Of a DNA stretch of 64,000 nucleotides, positions 39,040 through 50,699 are shown in pieces; position 1 is the first letter of the stretch; each line of letters starts with the position of its first letter. A program made the position numbers and the translations under genes. The DNA comes from Takakia lepidozioides. Taxonomy: Eukaryota; Plantae; Bryophyta. Where the stretch lies: NCBI GenBank assembly GCA_030704615.1, contig CM060732.1, forward strand, positions 13,640,001-13,704,000, read 5' to 3'. Below the pieces are notes generated by a model. It was given only the letters and a program-made list of their open reading frames with translations, searched no databases and was not told the origin of the DNA.

Positions 39040-39894
39040 CTAATAACGAGGTAACCTCTCAGGCATAGGAGACCCCCGTCGTTTCTTCTCTGCCATCTGA
39101 ATTGCATAGTCCTCTGCCATGTCAAAAGAGTCCGCTGAAGAAACAGTAGTATCAGAATCCTCGTCACCCCTCAGGTGTTTTAATGGCCGAACTTTAAGTG
39201 GAATCCTCTGTGGCATACAATGTTGTCCAACCATATCTGGAAGTTTAAATTGCACAACTTGTTGCAAGCGCTGGCCCGCAAAATTAGTGAACGTCATGAA
39301 CTCCTTATCTATACAGGTAAGAGGTGTGCCAATGACTTGGGAACAGTGCAAGTATTTCCATGCCTCATGTCCCTTAAAGAAAATATCGTCAGGGCCGAAT
39401 TTCTGTGTTGTCAAATTGTTCCAAGCCGAATGAAACCATGAACGAAGTTGGGAATCCTTTTGCATCATAACTTTTGCATCATATAGGTACATATGAGGTG
39501 GCACTGAAGGTAAGACCCAATGATCCCCACTGGAATAACTCAGAAATCGCGATTGCATCTTCTGCTGCTCAATGTAATAACGTGCCAGAAAACAAGCAGC
39601 ATAGTATAATCCACAGCCCATGACAATACTTGCTACCTCCTTGGTCTTGGTATAAATGTACCCATGTACAACTTGGAAGGCAATTAATTCCTTCAACATG
39701 GTACTTGCTTCAGACCAGTACCTCGCAAAGTGATGATCCTCAATGGGTCGATTGTTTGGAAGAACCTTAGTCCTAGTTGCCACTGGCAGCCAAATGCGCA
39801 TGATCTGGTAGTAATGTGCCAACGACTGCGGAGGACTAAATTCCTTCCAAGCCAAATCCAACACAATGGGAATTTGGTTGAAGGGCATAATCAT
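39040..39894 (-). CDS. Unknown accessory ORF upstream of the PPT of the LTR element
   Basis: 284-aa protein-like frame ending ~170 bp before the PPT. No recognisable domain. Confidence 0.4.
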   Translation of the reverse strand: MIMPFNQIPIVLDLAWKEFSPPQSLAHYYQIMRIWLPVATRTKVLPNNRPIEDHHFARYWSEASTMLKELIAFQVVHGYIYTKTKEVASIVMGCGLYYAACFLARYYIEQQKMQSRFLSYSSGDHWVLPSVPPHMYLYDAKVMMQKDSQLRSWFHSAWNNLTTQKFGPDDIFFKGHEAWKYLHCSQVIGTPLTCIDKEFMTFTNFAGQRLQQVVQFKLPDMVGQHCMPQRIPLKVRPLKHLRGDEDSDTTVSSADSFDMAEDYAIQMAEKKRRGSPMPERLPRY

Positions 39895-40274
39895 AGCCCG
39901 ACTGTACTCTCGTGCAGCAGGAGTCTTAGGTGGGTTAAAAGCAGCATCCCCCCATACCTTATCAACTAATTGTTTTCGTTGTCTTTACAGCAATGAACCG
40001 GAGACACATGGTGCGAAGCGACAGTGTGGGGGCATCATCGGGATTCCATGAAGCTCAATACATACAGGGAGTGGGGAAGGAGAACACCCTTACCTTGAGG
40101 AGCGACTTGCACATATACACACTCAGGAAAAAAGCTACGTTCTTCCTCCCTATGTGGCGGTAGTAGCCAATGCTCAAGCAGAGGAGCAATGGACAAGAGT
40201 GTCTCAAATGGCAGAATGGCTAGCGCAAAGAAGGGCGGCTTTGCAACGCGGTCGGGTACAGCCCTATGTGGATG

Positions 40275-41747
40275 GGGAGGCGGAGGAGGGTTTTGGAAGC
40301 GAGGAGCCAACAACGGAGGAAGAATCCTCTGATGAGAGTGGTGAGGAGGAGAGCAGTGGGGACAGAATTACAACTCCAGAGAATGGTCTTGAGGAAACAG
40401 AGGGTCCACATCTGGGGACAATTGTACCAGGGGGATTAGACCATATAGCTATGGAGTATGCAGATGACGTTCCGCGTCCAATGGAACAGTAGCTGTACTC
40501 ATAGAGAATTTTGGAAGTTAGCTACTGTTTCAGAGTATACATAGTCCATGCTCGCAGTTGTTTTCACGATGGGGTCCTATGGAGCATAAGACTTACTTCA
40601 AATTCAATTTAAATTGCTTCCAAGATGTTCAACTGTGCCAATGCCATTTCTCTTAAGTGTACCCGTTTTTGGAGGTGCTTTCAATGGGCTCCCAATATGC
40701 ATAGACCATAAATTTGACCTTAAGGAAAAATTTACGTCATTGAAACTGGGAGAACAGATGTAAAACTTTCTTTGTAACATGATGATCACGGCTTACCATC
40801 GGCTCACATGAGCATAGCTTCTATGCTCACGTCAATGACAGAGGCATTCGACAGCTTTGTCCAAATATACATTTCCTCTTTGGAGTCACGCCCTTTAGGT
40901 CGGTGCCGATTATGCACTGTGTGACCATTGTTTTATACATAGTCTTTATATTTTTCATCAGAAATAACCTTACTGTGTAGTAGAAATCAATATGATCATC
41001 GATTTGTGAAGTATGAGGATGAATCGCCGAGTGGATATTGCAACTATAGAAGTCGTTGCTGACTACCTGGGCTTGCCCCAGACGCCATAGTCATAGTCGG
41101 TGAGGACTATTAAGAAGGAGTCGTGATAGACGTTGGAATAATAGTCGGTGCCGACTATTAGGTTGGGAGTCAAGATATAGGTCAATTTGCGAATGGATAG
41201 TGTATTGGTTGATAATGAGGAGGGAGGGTTTTGGAAGCGACGAGCCAACAACGGAGGAAGAGTAAGAGAAAGTGGTGGGGAGGAGAGCATTGGGGACACA
41301 ATTACAACCTAAGAGAATGGACTTCAAGAAACTAAGGGTTCACATCTCAGGACAAATGTACCACGGGGATTACACCATATAGAACAGTAGCTCTACTCAT
41401 AGAGAATTTTGGAAGTTAGGTACTCTTTCAAAGTGTAGATAGTCCATGCTCGCAGCTGTTTTCACGATGGGGGTCCTGTGGAGCATAAGACTTACTTGAG
41501 TTCAATAGAAGTCAATATGATCATCGATTTGTGAAGTACGAGGATGAATTGCCGAGTGGATGATGCAACTTATATTGAAGTCGTTGCCGACTACCTGGGC
41601 TTGCCCCAGACGCCATAGTCATAGTCGGTGACGACTATTAAGAAGGAGTCGTGACAGATGTTGGAACAATAGTCGGTGCCGACTATTAGGTTGGGGTTTG
41701 AGATATAGGTCAATTTGCGAATGGATAGTCTATTGGTTGATAATGAG
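40275..41747 (+). repeat. Internal tandem duplication X-Z-Y-X'-Y'
   Basis: 40275-40600 resembles 41220-41500, and 40980-41218 resembles 41505-41747. Confidence 0.8.
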
Positions 41748-42280
41748 CGAAATTTCAAGGAAGCCGATTCACGGGTTAAGATAATCATATCAATGGAAGT
41801 AGAAATTGATGATTTGAAGAAGGGGATGGCCGAATTGTGCAACGAGAGAGCTTCGATACTTGAGGACTTGGACTTTTGAGGGCTGCGATGAAGGTCCATG
41901 AAAGGGAGGTTGAAGAGCAGAAATATGCTCTTGAAGTGGTAGCTCATAGAAACAAGTATTATTAGATTGGAAGAAAAGTTTCAAGCAAGAAATGGGCAAT
42001 CTTGTATCCCGATTGAGAAAGGAGGAAACATATTGCGTAGACATGCAGATTGCACATGAGAGATTTGTAGATACACCGTTAGGGGAAAGGTGTAAGACCT
42101 CGTAGAAGAAAATGAATATTATGCACGGAAATGAAATCAGATGCTGCTTTGGAGAAAAGAACAAATCCAAAGAGAAAAAACGTGATAGCAAACTTTATTG
42201 CGGAAATGGAAAGTAGTACACTTAGTCCGCAAATAGGGAGGCGGAAAGAAGATTGAAAATCAAAATGCCCATGTTTTCTC

Positions 42281-42874
42281 TTACAACCTGTGGCGGCAAA
42301 GCGGACATGTGCCATTGTGGTGAACCCAAGTCTCAATGCACGCACTGTGGAATGAGTGTGCGTAGGTTGTCACCGTGCGCATACATTCTCCAGCTTGGAC
42401 ACATTGGAGGCAAATACTGCACGACTGTATTGCGTGTGCTTCCGGCGGCAGAACAAACTCCGGAGCTTCTCTGTTGAAGACCTCCATGGAAGCAGCAATC
42501 CAATGCAATTCGTCCTCCCCGGCAATGTCCAATTCCTCAAAGGCATGTATAGGATCATACTGTGCACCTGCATCTTTGTCCTCGGATGCTTCTTCCGACG
42601 AGTCCGAATCCATAAAAACCCACCACGAAACTCCATCTGCCGAAAATGCAAGGCTATCGCCGATGGCTTTGTCGAACTGCGAAAAACAAAGCAACTGAGG
42701 GGACTGAGGCCTCTCCTCGTCAGATTCCACCGGTGCGCTGCTAGTTTCCCCTGCAGCATTGTCCATCTTTGGAGCCGGACCATCGTTCGGAATTTCCCGC
42801 TGCTCAGGGGGCAGAGGCGTTTCGTTGTCCGATTGCTGCACGGGATCATTGTTGGTTCCTACATCATTGTCCAT
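42281..42874 (-). CDS. Intronless RING-H2 (ATL/BTL-like) finger protein, 197 aa, third ligand Cys replaced by Tyr
   Basis: C-terminal CSICLQCVQAGECMRTVTTYAHSFHSACIETWVHHNGTCPLCR. ATG at 42874. Acidic disordered N-terminus. Confidence 0.75.
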   Translation of the reverse strand: MDNDVGTNNDPVQQSDNETPLPPEQREIPNDGPAPKMDNAAGETSSAPVESDEERPQSPQLLCFSQFDKAIGDSLAFSADGVSWWVFMDSDSSEEASEDKDAGAQYDPIHAFEELDIAGEDELHWIAASMEVFNREAPEFVLPPEAHAIQSCSICLQCVQAGECMRTVTTYAHSFHSACIETWVHHNGTCPLCRHRL

Positions 42875-43139
42875 AGTGGAGGGTCACCACTGTTTGTAAA
42901 GTCCCCGAAATGGTGTAGTCGGTCCCAACTTCACCTTCACCACCAAAGCAAATGGTCGAAGGGAATGAAAAACCACATGTGCATTTAATCTCCACGTCAT
43001 GGCTTTCCTGTCGGGCCACCGCTCGTTCAAAAAATGGTTTTTTATTCATATGACTGCCTATTCCCGCGGCCCAATTCCTCACGACCTATTCCCGCGATGG
43101 AAATTCCGGCGTCCTATAATCGGCACCGACTATGTAGGT

Positions 43140-46100
43140 TCGTATTAGGATGACCATGGTTGTTCCAATCTAAAGCTAAAAATGATTGGGGGAAAGGCAC
43201 TTTGACTATGGGAAAAGGAGAACAAAAGGTGGTGTTGCAAATGTACCCAATAGCATATCATGGGGAGACACAGGAGATAGAATCTGAGTTTACCTCTGAA
43301 GCTGACGAGAGGACTAGTGACACCGACAGTGATCTTCAAGCCCTACCATTGTCACCTAAACATACACGGAGCCGGCGGATCTACCGCTGTGCTAATCTAG
43401 GAGAGTATCCTTGGCATGGTGATTTTGATAGTGACTCTGATCATGCTATCTTGCGATGGGAGGGAGCCCGATCTTCTTACATGGTGCAGCATGAATCTGA
43501 GTGGGAAGAGGCCACCACGTCGGAAGATATCGCGTGGTATGATTCGGCTGATGATAACCGTGCTCCATTGATAAAGAAGGACCCTTACCAAACCTTGAAT
43601 TTGAATACAGCTGTTGAGCCCAATGACATTATAATTTCTGCGGCAATCCCATCAAATGAATTGTCTATGTGGAAGGAGTTTTTCCAGAAACATCGTATGG
43701 CTTTTGCATGGACTTATACTGATCTTTGGGGTGTACCCCCAGAAATTTGCCAGCATCGCATTATATTGGAGGAATGAGCAATGCTAGCACGGCAACGCCA
43801 ACATCGATTGAATCCTAAATAATCTCTGTTGGTTAAAGAAGAATTGGACAAATTGTTAGCTGCTGGATTCATTTATCCTGTACCTTATAGTGATTGGGTA
43901 TCGCCTATAGTGGTCGTACCCAAAAAGCAATCGGGCAAAGTACGAATCTGTCAAGATTTCCGGAAACTTAATGCTGTGACTCGAAAGGATTATTTTCCAT
44001 TACCTTTCACTGATACTATTCTGGATGCAGTAGCGGGCCATGAGTGTTATTCTTTCCTCGATGGTTTTTCTGGTTATAATCAGATCACGATCGCAGAAGA
44101 GGATCGGCCTAAAACTATTTTTACCACCGATTGGGGCACTTATGCCTATAAAGTCATGCCCTTCGGACTTTGCAATGCTCCTGCTACGTTTCAACGAGTA
44201 ATGACTGCCGCTTTTCAGGATTACTTGCGTCTATTTATGGAGATTTTCTTGGACAATTTTTGTGTCTATAGCAGCAAAGCAACACATGCTGAGATGTTGG
44301 AGCTGTGCTTTCTAAAATATAAAGAGTATGGAATCTCTCTGAATGCCGGAAAATGTCAATTTCTGGTTACCAAGGGGAAGCTTTTAGGCCATATTGTATC
44401 AATTCGAGGGATATCGACTGACCCCACTAAGATTGAGATTATTGTCCAATTACCTACCCCCACAACGGTAACAGAGGTGCGTGCCTTTCTGGGCCATGTG
44501 GGGTACTATCGCCGTTTTATCCGTCGATATGCTCTACCATTGACACAATTATTGAAACACGATGCCGAGCAAACAGTGGACAAGGGAGTGTCAGCATTCT
44601 TTTCAAGAATTAAAAGGGCGATTGATAAAGGCGCCTATCTTGATTTCCCCCGATTGGACTAAGGAGTTTCAGGTCTATGTGGATGCTTCAAACAATGCTA
44701 TTGGTAGCGTTTTGAGTCAGAGGGATGAAAAGTCGTTTGATCATCCGATATATTTTGCGAGTCGTCAATTGGCTGCGGCGGAGAAAAATTATACTACCAC
44801 TGAACGAGAAGGTTTGGGCATGATTTATTCAGTTCAGAAGTATCGCCATTATTTATTGGGTTATCCATTTGTTTTTCATGTTGATCATGATGCACTAAAA
44901 TATCTCATTAATAAACCTCAGCTGAGTGGCAGAGTGGCCCGGTGGGTTATTTTATTGCAAGAATTTACTTTTAAAATTGTGGTTCACCCTGGGCGCAAGC
45001 ATGCCAATGCTGATCATTTAAGTCGTCTATCGAAGGAAGTCGGCGAGGAGCCGATAGATGATTCTCTCCCGGATGCTGCCCTTTTTGTGGTTGATGTGAT
45101 GACAGGAGAGTATGCTCTCATCTTTAATTACTTATCGTTACAACAATTTCCAGAGGGTTATACTGAGAAGCAGAAGCGTCAGCTGGTAGAGAAGACTGCG
45201 CCTTATACGATTATTGGTGACACATTATATAAGCTAGGGAATGATGGTGTATTGCGCCGTTGCATCTTGGAAGCTAAGGTTCCAACGATACTTGAGGGGT
45301 GCCATGCCGATTCTTGTGGTGGCCATTTTGCAGGGGATGCCACCGGACGGAAAGTATTATTGGCAGGTTATTGGTGGCCTACCCTATTTAAAGATGCTTT
45401 TGCTTATGTGCATCGTTGTGATGCATGCCAACGTATTGGCAGACGTGCGCGATCGAGTTCTATGCCCCTGGTTCCCATCCTTGCACAAGCACCTTTTGAG
45501 AAGTGGGGTATCGATTTGGTTGTCCTCGAGAGCTTGTGAGCGACCGTGGTACTCATTTTTTAAATTCTATTATTGAGCATATGACGGCCAAATATGTCAT
45601 TAAACACGGAAGACTACTCCTTATCACCCACGGGCTAATGGTCAGACGGAGAAGACCAATGGGTTACTTTGTGGTATCCTAACAAAGACAATTTCTAGTA
45701 TTGGCAGCGATTGGGATACTAAATTATTTTCTGCATTATGGGCCTATCGGACTGCATTTAAAGTTACTACTGGATTTACTCCCTTCCAGTTGGTTTATGG
45801 ACAAGAGGCAATATTGCCTATTGAGCTTGAAATTCCTTCCCTACGCATAGCTATCGAGGAACGTTTGGGCGATGTTCCATCCCTATCGGCTCGTCTGTTG
45901 CAATTGGTTAAAATGGATGAACTTTGTCAGCAGGCGTTACAGAACATTGAAGTCACCCAACTGCGGCGGAAGGATTATTATGATAGCCGCCTTAAGCCCA
46001 AGATCTTTAAAGCTCAAGATTTGGTTCTCCTTTATGATAGCCGTTTTCAAAAATTTCCTGGTAAATTGAAGATGAGGTGGCTCGGGCCCTATCGGGTGGT

Positions 46101-46200
46101 GGAAGCTTTTCCAAATGGCTCTATACAATTGGCTACCATAACTGGCAACCCATTGCTGACCCGCATTAACGGCGATCGTCTTAAGTTGTGCTTGACCTAA
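43140..46200 (+). mobile_element. Decayed Ty3/Gypsy (non-chromoviral) pol: end of PR, RT, RNase H, integrase
   Basis: VLG*PWL protease end. RT DGFSGYNQ/MPFGLCNAPATFQR. RNase H VDASNNAIG. INT HHCC, PFEKWGID, WLGPY. Integrase core has a deletion near 45520. Same broad lineage as 1-3295. Confidence 0.93.
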
Positions 46201-46569
46201 TGTTTCTGTGGGTAGAATTTAGGTTAAGTAGGAGGGGGTGTCAATATGTATGTGTCTGTCAGCATTGTCATTATGAGTATATTTACGCCGTTACGCCGTT
46301 GGCTGTACAATCTGTTACAATGTTGGGGGTGGCGATTAGGTTTTAATGATTGACTCCGTATTTGCCAGCTGTTAAGACAGATTACCCTGAGCGATAGATA
46401 GGAGTGGGGCTCTTCTTGCCATTCTTATGGCTATCCTTCTTGTTCTCTACCAGTGTTCTTGCAATTCACAAAGTATGTCACAGTGAGAAGTGAGAGTACT
46501 GAGCGATAGAGAGTATTGAGTGTAGTGAGTGTTGGGGAGGAAATCAGTGTTCCAAGTCAATCCGTCACG

Positions 46570-49159
46570 ATGGTGAAGAAAGTTGTGCATCAACCATTGC
46601 CACCGCCGGTTTCTATGATGGCAGAAGAATTAAGGAGTTGTGACATTTATATGATTTTGGGTGAACGAGAGCAGAAAGCGTTGTGGAGACATGCACAGAT
46701 GATGGAATTTTTGATTCTTTGTTTGAAGGGTCTGCCGAAGCCTAGCATCTCATTAGTGATGCAGTTTTACAATTCTTATGACCCTAGCTCAAAGAGTGGA
46801 ATAGTGAAGGGCTCGCCTATCGTTGTTGATGCCCGCACTGTAACAGAGGTCTTGCTTTTACCCTCAGCAGGGATTGAAGTTGATGGATTTTAAAGATGAA
46901 TCTTTTGTTCCTGCAAACCATTTTAAGGAGGGTGCTCTCAATCGAACGGGGGGTTGGGCAGTTGCTAAAGCAGCGAATCCTGAAATGATGGAGTGGATGA
47001 AATTTGCAGTGAGCCGGTTAGCCCTGAAGAAGGCTGCTATGTATGTCGCGTCATCGCAACTCAATGCAGTGGTAGCGACATTCATGGGTCTGCAAATTGA
47101 TTGGGCAGGATTTGTGTGTGGAAAGATCCATGAGGAGATAGTAGCAAAGAGGAAGGCTGGTAAGACTGATACTTTGTTTTGCGCAACTTATTTGTCTATG
47201 ATTTTGCAGCATCGATTGAAGGTGCCACCTTCTGTCAATACGAATGTTACGGAGATTATTGACAGACCGGAGTTGAGCAGGGCGAATGTAAGGGCCTCAA
47301 TATTGGTGACTGGAACTACCACTGTTGCATTGATAGAATCGGGAGGCAAAAATGTAGGCAGTCAATCGTCTTTTGCGACAAAGCTTCGTGACTTGGTTGA
47401 GGGATTGCAATTGGTAGCAGCAGAAGCCCTGGATCAGGAGGATGTGCAGAAAGAATTGACCGATTTGAGGATTGTGCATACTGCCACCTTATCGCGGAAA
47501 TCAACAGTTGCAGCTTGCGTGGGATGATGCGAAGAAGAGAATAGAAGTAGATATAAAGGAACTCCACAAATTCCAGGATTAGTGGAAGATTGTTGAAAAG
47601 GATGCAATCATTGCTACACAGGCAGAGCAGATGAGGTCAAAAGAGGCTCGTGTCAGTGAATTGGAGAATAAGTTGCCAGCGATTACCAAGCAAGTAGCAG
47701 AGATGGGGAAACAACCTGCCACCATAGTCAATCCTGAGGAACGATATGTAGTTTTGCAGCAGGAATTTGCTTCTTATCGCACTGAGCAGCAAGGGGAAAT
47801 GGATGTGATGGGATAGACCATGAAGGCACAAATGTCCGAGTTACAACAGTTCAGAGAGACGATAAGACCTGCAGAAATTGTTGGACTCAGTGTCTTGCAA
47901 GGATGGCATGAGGTATGCTATGCTCAGAGCCTTAGTCAAGGATACTTGTATGATAGTATTATTTTGCAATTGCTTTTCAATGGTGGAGAGGAGCCGATTG
48001 ATTTGGAGGCAGAATGGGAAGACCCGTGCAACTGTCGCATGGAGAATCTGGCCGTAGAGATGGTGGTGAGGGTAGACGTGGCAGTCACCCATCCAGAACA
48101 ATTTTTGTTTACTGTTGGAGATCCTGCCAGTCGCTGTTTTTGTATTATAAACAGTTGGAAGATAGGACGGAGGCATTCCGACAATCTTACCTCCGCGATA
48201 GACACTGGAATCGAGTACATGCTTGTGGTTTTCTCTCTGCTATTCCAAGGCTAGATGACAAACTGTTGCCGAGGTACCTGGATATGGTGCAACCTCTGGT
48301 AGCTCAAGTATTGGACGAGGCCCAGTTCCATACGATGTTGGAGAGAGCTCATCGCAGGTATCGGCTGGTTCCGGAGTGTTTACATGGATCTGCCTATGTC
48401 TGGACGCAGACTGCAATTTAGCAAAGGGTAAGCAAGTGGATGGAAGCAAAAACTTGGCCAGAGTTATTGACGGCCAGATGGATGGAGGACTTGTACATCA
48501 ATCAACCCAGTGCTACACAAGTTTCGCAGGTGGGCTTCGCGATATTCGAACGATGCCACTGTTCTACTAATTGGGAGTACTCAGAGTTTTTGGGCAGAAC
48601 GGAGAAGGTCCATGCGGATTCTGACGATAAGGTGCTGCCATGTTGGGAAGTGTTGTTATGGATGGGGCAGGACTATGGCCACACTGCAACGGGAGAATCA
48701 ATTTTGAAGATGGGCACTCGATTGACACCAATCAGTGGACCGTGGCCACGGAATATTACAGGCCGATTTGGTGTATGTATGTGTGTGCGTCGTGGTCAAT
48801 GGCACAAGAATGAGCACTTGACGTCCTTACCTTACAATTGGCCGTTAATTCCTGGAGAGTTTAGCAGTGCGAACTATTGTGAGACAGCGTACAAAGCCTT
48901 TCAAGGGCTGCATGCGAATCATTTTGATCCTTTGTGTTTTATGGCAGCCATTTTTTGCGGGGTTTTGGCTAAGTGGTGTCACTACTACCATGTTGTTGTT
49001 GATGTTAACAGGCCTATGTTGGGAGGACATGAATTCGGGATAGTAGCCAAGTTATTGCATCACCCGGCAAGGGAAATGCGAGTGTTAGAATTGATGTGCT
49101 TGACTGGATTTCTTCAGTGTGCAGATTCTGCTATGTATGATGATTGGGGGCCTTCGTGA
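46570..49159 (+). pseudogene. Long 3' accessory ORF of the Gypsy element (plant-transposon-protein-like N-terminus, coiled coil, Cys/His-rich C-terminus), fragmented
   Basis: LVMQFYNSY...VKGSPIVVDARTVTEVLLLP...IDWAGFV resembles the putative plant transposon protein domain of Athila/Tat/Sire-type extra ORFs. Consecutive co-oriented frames at 46516-47527, 47631-48421 and 48440-49159. Confidence 0.55.
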
Positions 49160-49998
49160 TACCACCCCTATATGGTGTTCAAGCAGTTCCAGAAGGAAGG
49201 TGATGAGCGTGATCATCGTCGATCGCATGAGTCAGAGGAGAGGCGGGAGAAGCGGCCAAGAAATTAGTTGCAGAAGATTTAGTGTTTGCGAGGGCGCTGC
49301 GCAACTAGGAGTAGGGCTATGTAGAATAATAGGAATTTCTGGCTTAATGACAATTTTTAGAACTTTTTAATATCTTTCTCATCGATATAGCCTGCGATAC
49401 CTTCGATATTGCTGCGATAAGGCAATGTTCTTCGATACAGTCGATAGTCTATCTTGGACTGAATGATAGAAGAGATGGATGAATAATTGTAAAGGATGGA
49501 TGAAGGAGTTTGAGCGGTTATTACAGTTATTGAAGTGCCCTGCTATATAAAGCGTTAATGAGAAGCAAAAAGTGTCAATTGAGCCAGAGAGCCATGACCG
49601 GGAGTAGAGAGAGTAGAGTGAGTAGGAGGTAGACTATAGAGTTATTTTGCAATGGTAGGTTTAGTATTGCGTTCTTGCAGTGTTGTGATTTATGAATGAG
49701 AAGAAGAAGAAAAATGAAGTGCAATTCACTTTGTGTACGTGTGAAGAATGGAGTGATGGAATGAGGATGTGTTTTCGTGTGTAAGAACTGAAGAACCATG
49801 ACTATATGAGATGATGAGAATGCGCATAAATGAAACAGATAAGAATTCGATGTGAGAATTAGTGTTGGTCTATCAAGAGAAATATCGATAGAGAGATACT
49901 CAAAGCTCAAGAAGGAGCAAATTAAGGAAACGAAGACAGAGAGAGAGTTTTCAATTGGATTCATGATAGGAGTGAAACAGTGAATTAAAATCATTTGC

Positions 49999-50307
49999 AT
50001 GGCAGAGAGCAATGATGAAGGAATAAAGGAAGTGTCAGAATTGATCTCTGGATTACCAGATCATTTATCGATAACAATTTTTCAGAAGCTTTGTTATAGT
50101 GATAAAGAAATATTCTTATTGCAATTGGTCAATAAAGGATGGTATAGGGAGATATCCATTCTATACCGGAGTTGTTATTGGAAGCATAGTTGGTTGCAGA
50201 AGTGGTATAGACCATTTAAAGGCTATCCTGAACTTATAAAAGAATGGAATCATAATTTTGGTGAGGGAAAATCCCTGGAACGACTGGAGAACCAGAATTG
50301 GTGGTGA
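49999..50307 (+). CDS. F-box-only mini-protein 1 (102 aa)
   Basis: ELISGLPDHLSITIFQKL...LLQLVNKGWYREI fits the F-box consensus LIPGLPxxL..IL.RL......L..V.K.W. ATG start, intronless. Confidence 0.65.
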   Translation: MAESNDEGIKEVSELISGLPDHLSITIFQKLCYSDKEIFLLQLVNKGWYREISILYRSCYWKHSWLQKWYRPFKGYPELIKEWNHNFGEGKSLERLENQNWW

Positions 50308-50323
50308 AGAATGATCACTAGCG

Positions 50324-50626
50324 ATGTGTGAAGGAGAACAGCTAGTATATCCTGTAGAATTGATTACTGGACTGCCTCATAGTTTGTCTCTAGATATCTT
50401 TAAAAGATTACAATGCAGCGACAATGAGATAATCAATCTATGGTTAGTTAGTAAAGAATGGTATCGAGAGCTGTTGACTTTGTATCAGAGAGATTATTGG
50501 AGGAAGAATATAGTGGAGCAATGGTATTTGATTTCAGCCGATGGAGCAGAGTTAATAGAAGATGGAGAGAATATTCATGAATCTGGAAGAATGATGATCG
50601 TGTTAGATGAAGATGACTGTTGGTAA
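50324..50626 (+). CDS. F-box-only mini-protein 2 (100 aa), paralogue of 49999-50307
   Basis: ELITGLPHSLSLDIFKRL...LWLVSKEWYREL. Starts 16 nt after ORF 1 and aligns with it over most of its length. Confidence 0.65.
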   Translation: MCEGEQLVYPVELITGLPHSLSLDIFKRLQCSDNEIINLWLVSKEWYRELLTLYQRDYWRKNIVEQWYLISADGAELIEDGENIHESGRMMIVLDEDDCW

Positions 50627-50699
50627 AAGTTGTTTCAAAGAAGGGATAGAGAGAGATAGAATAGTCTGGCATCATTATGTATTAGTCGTATAGTGCTTT

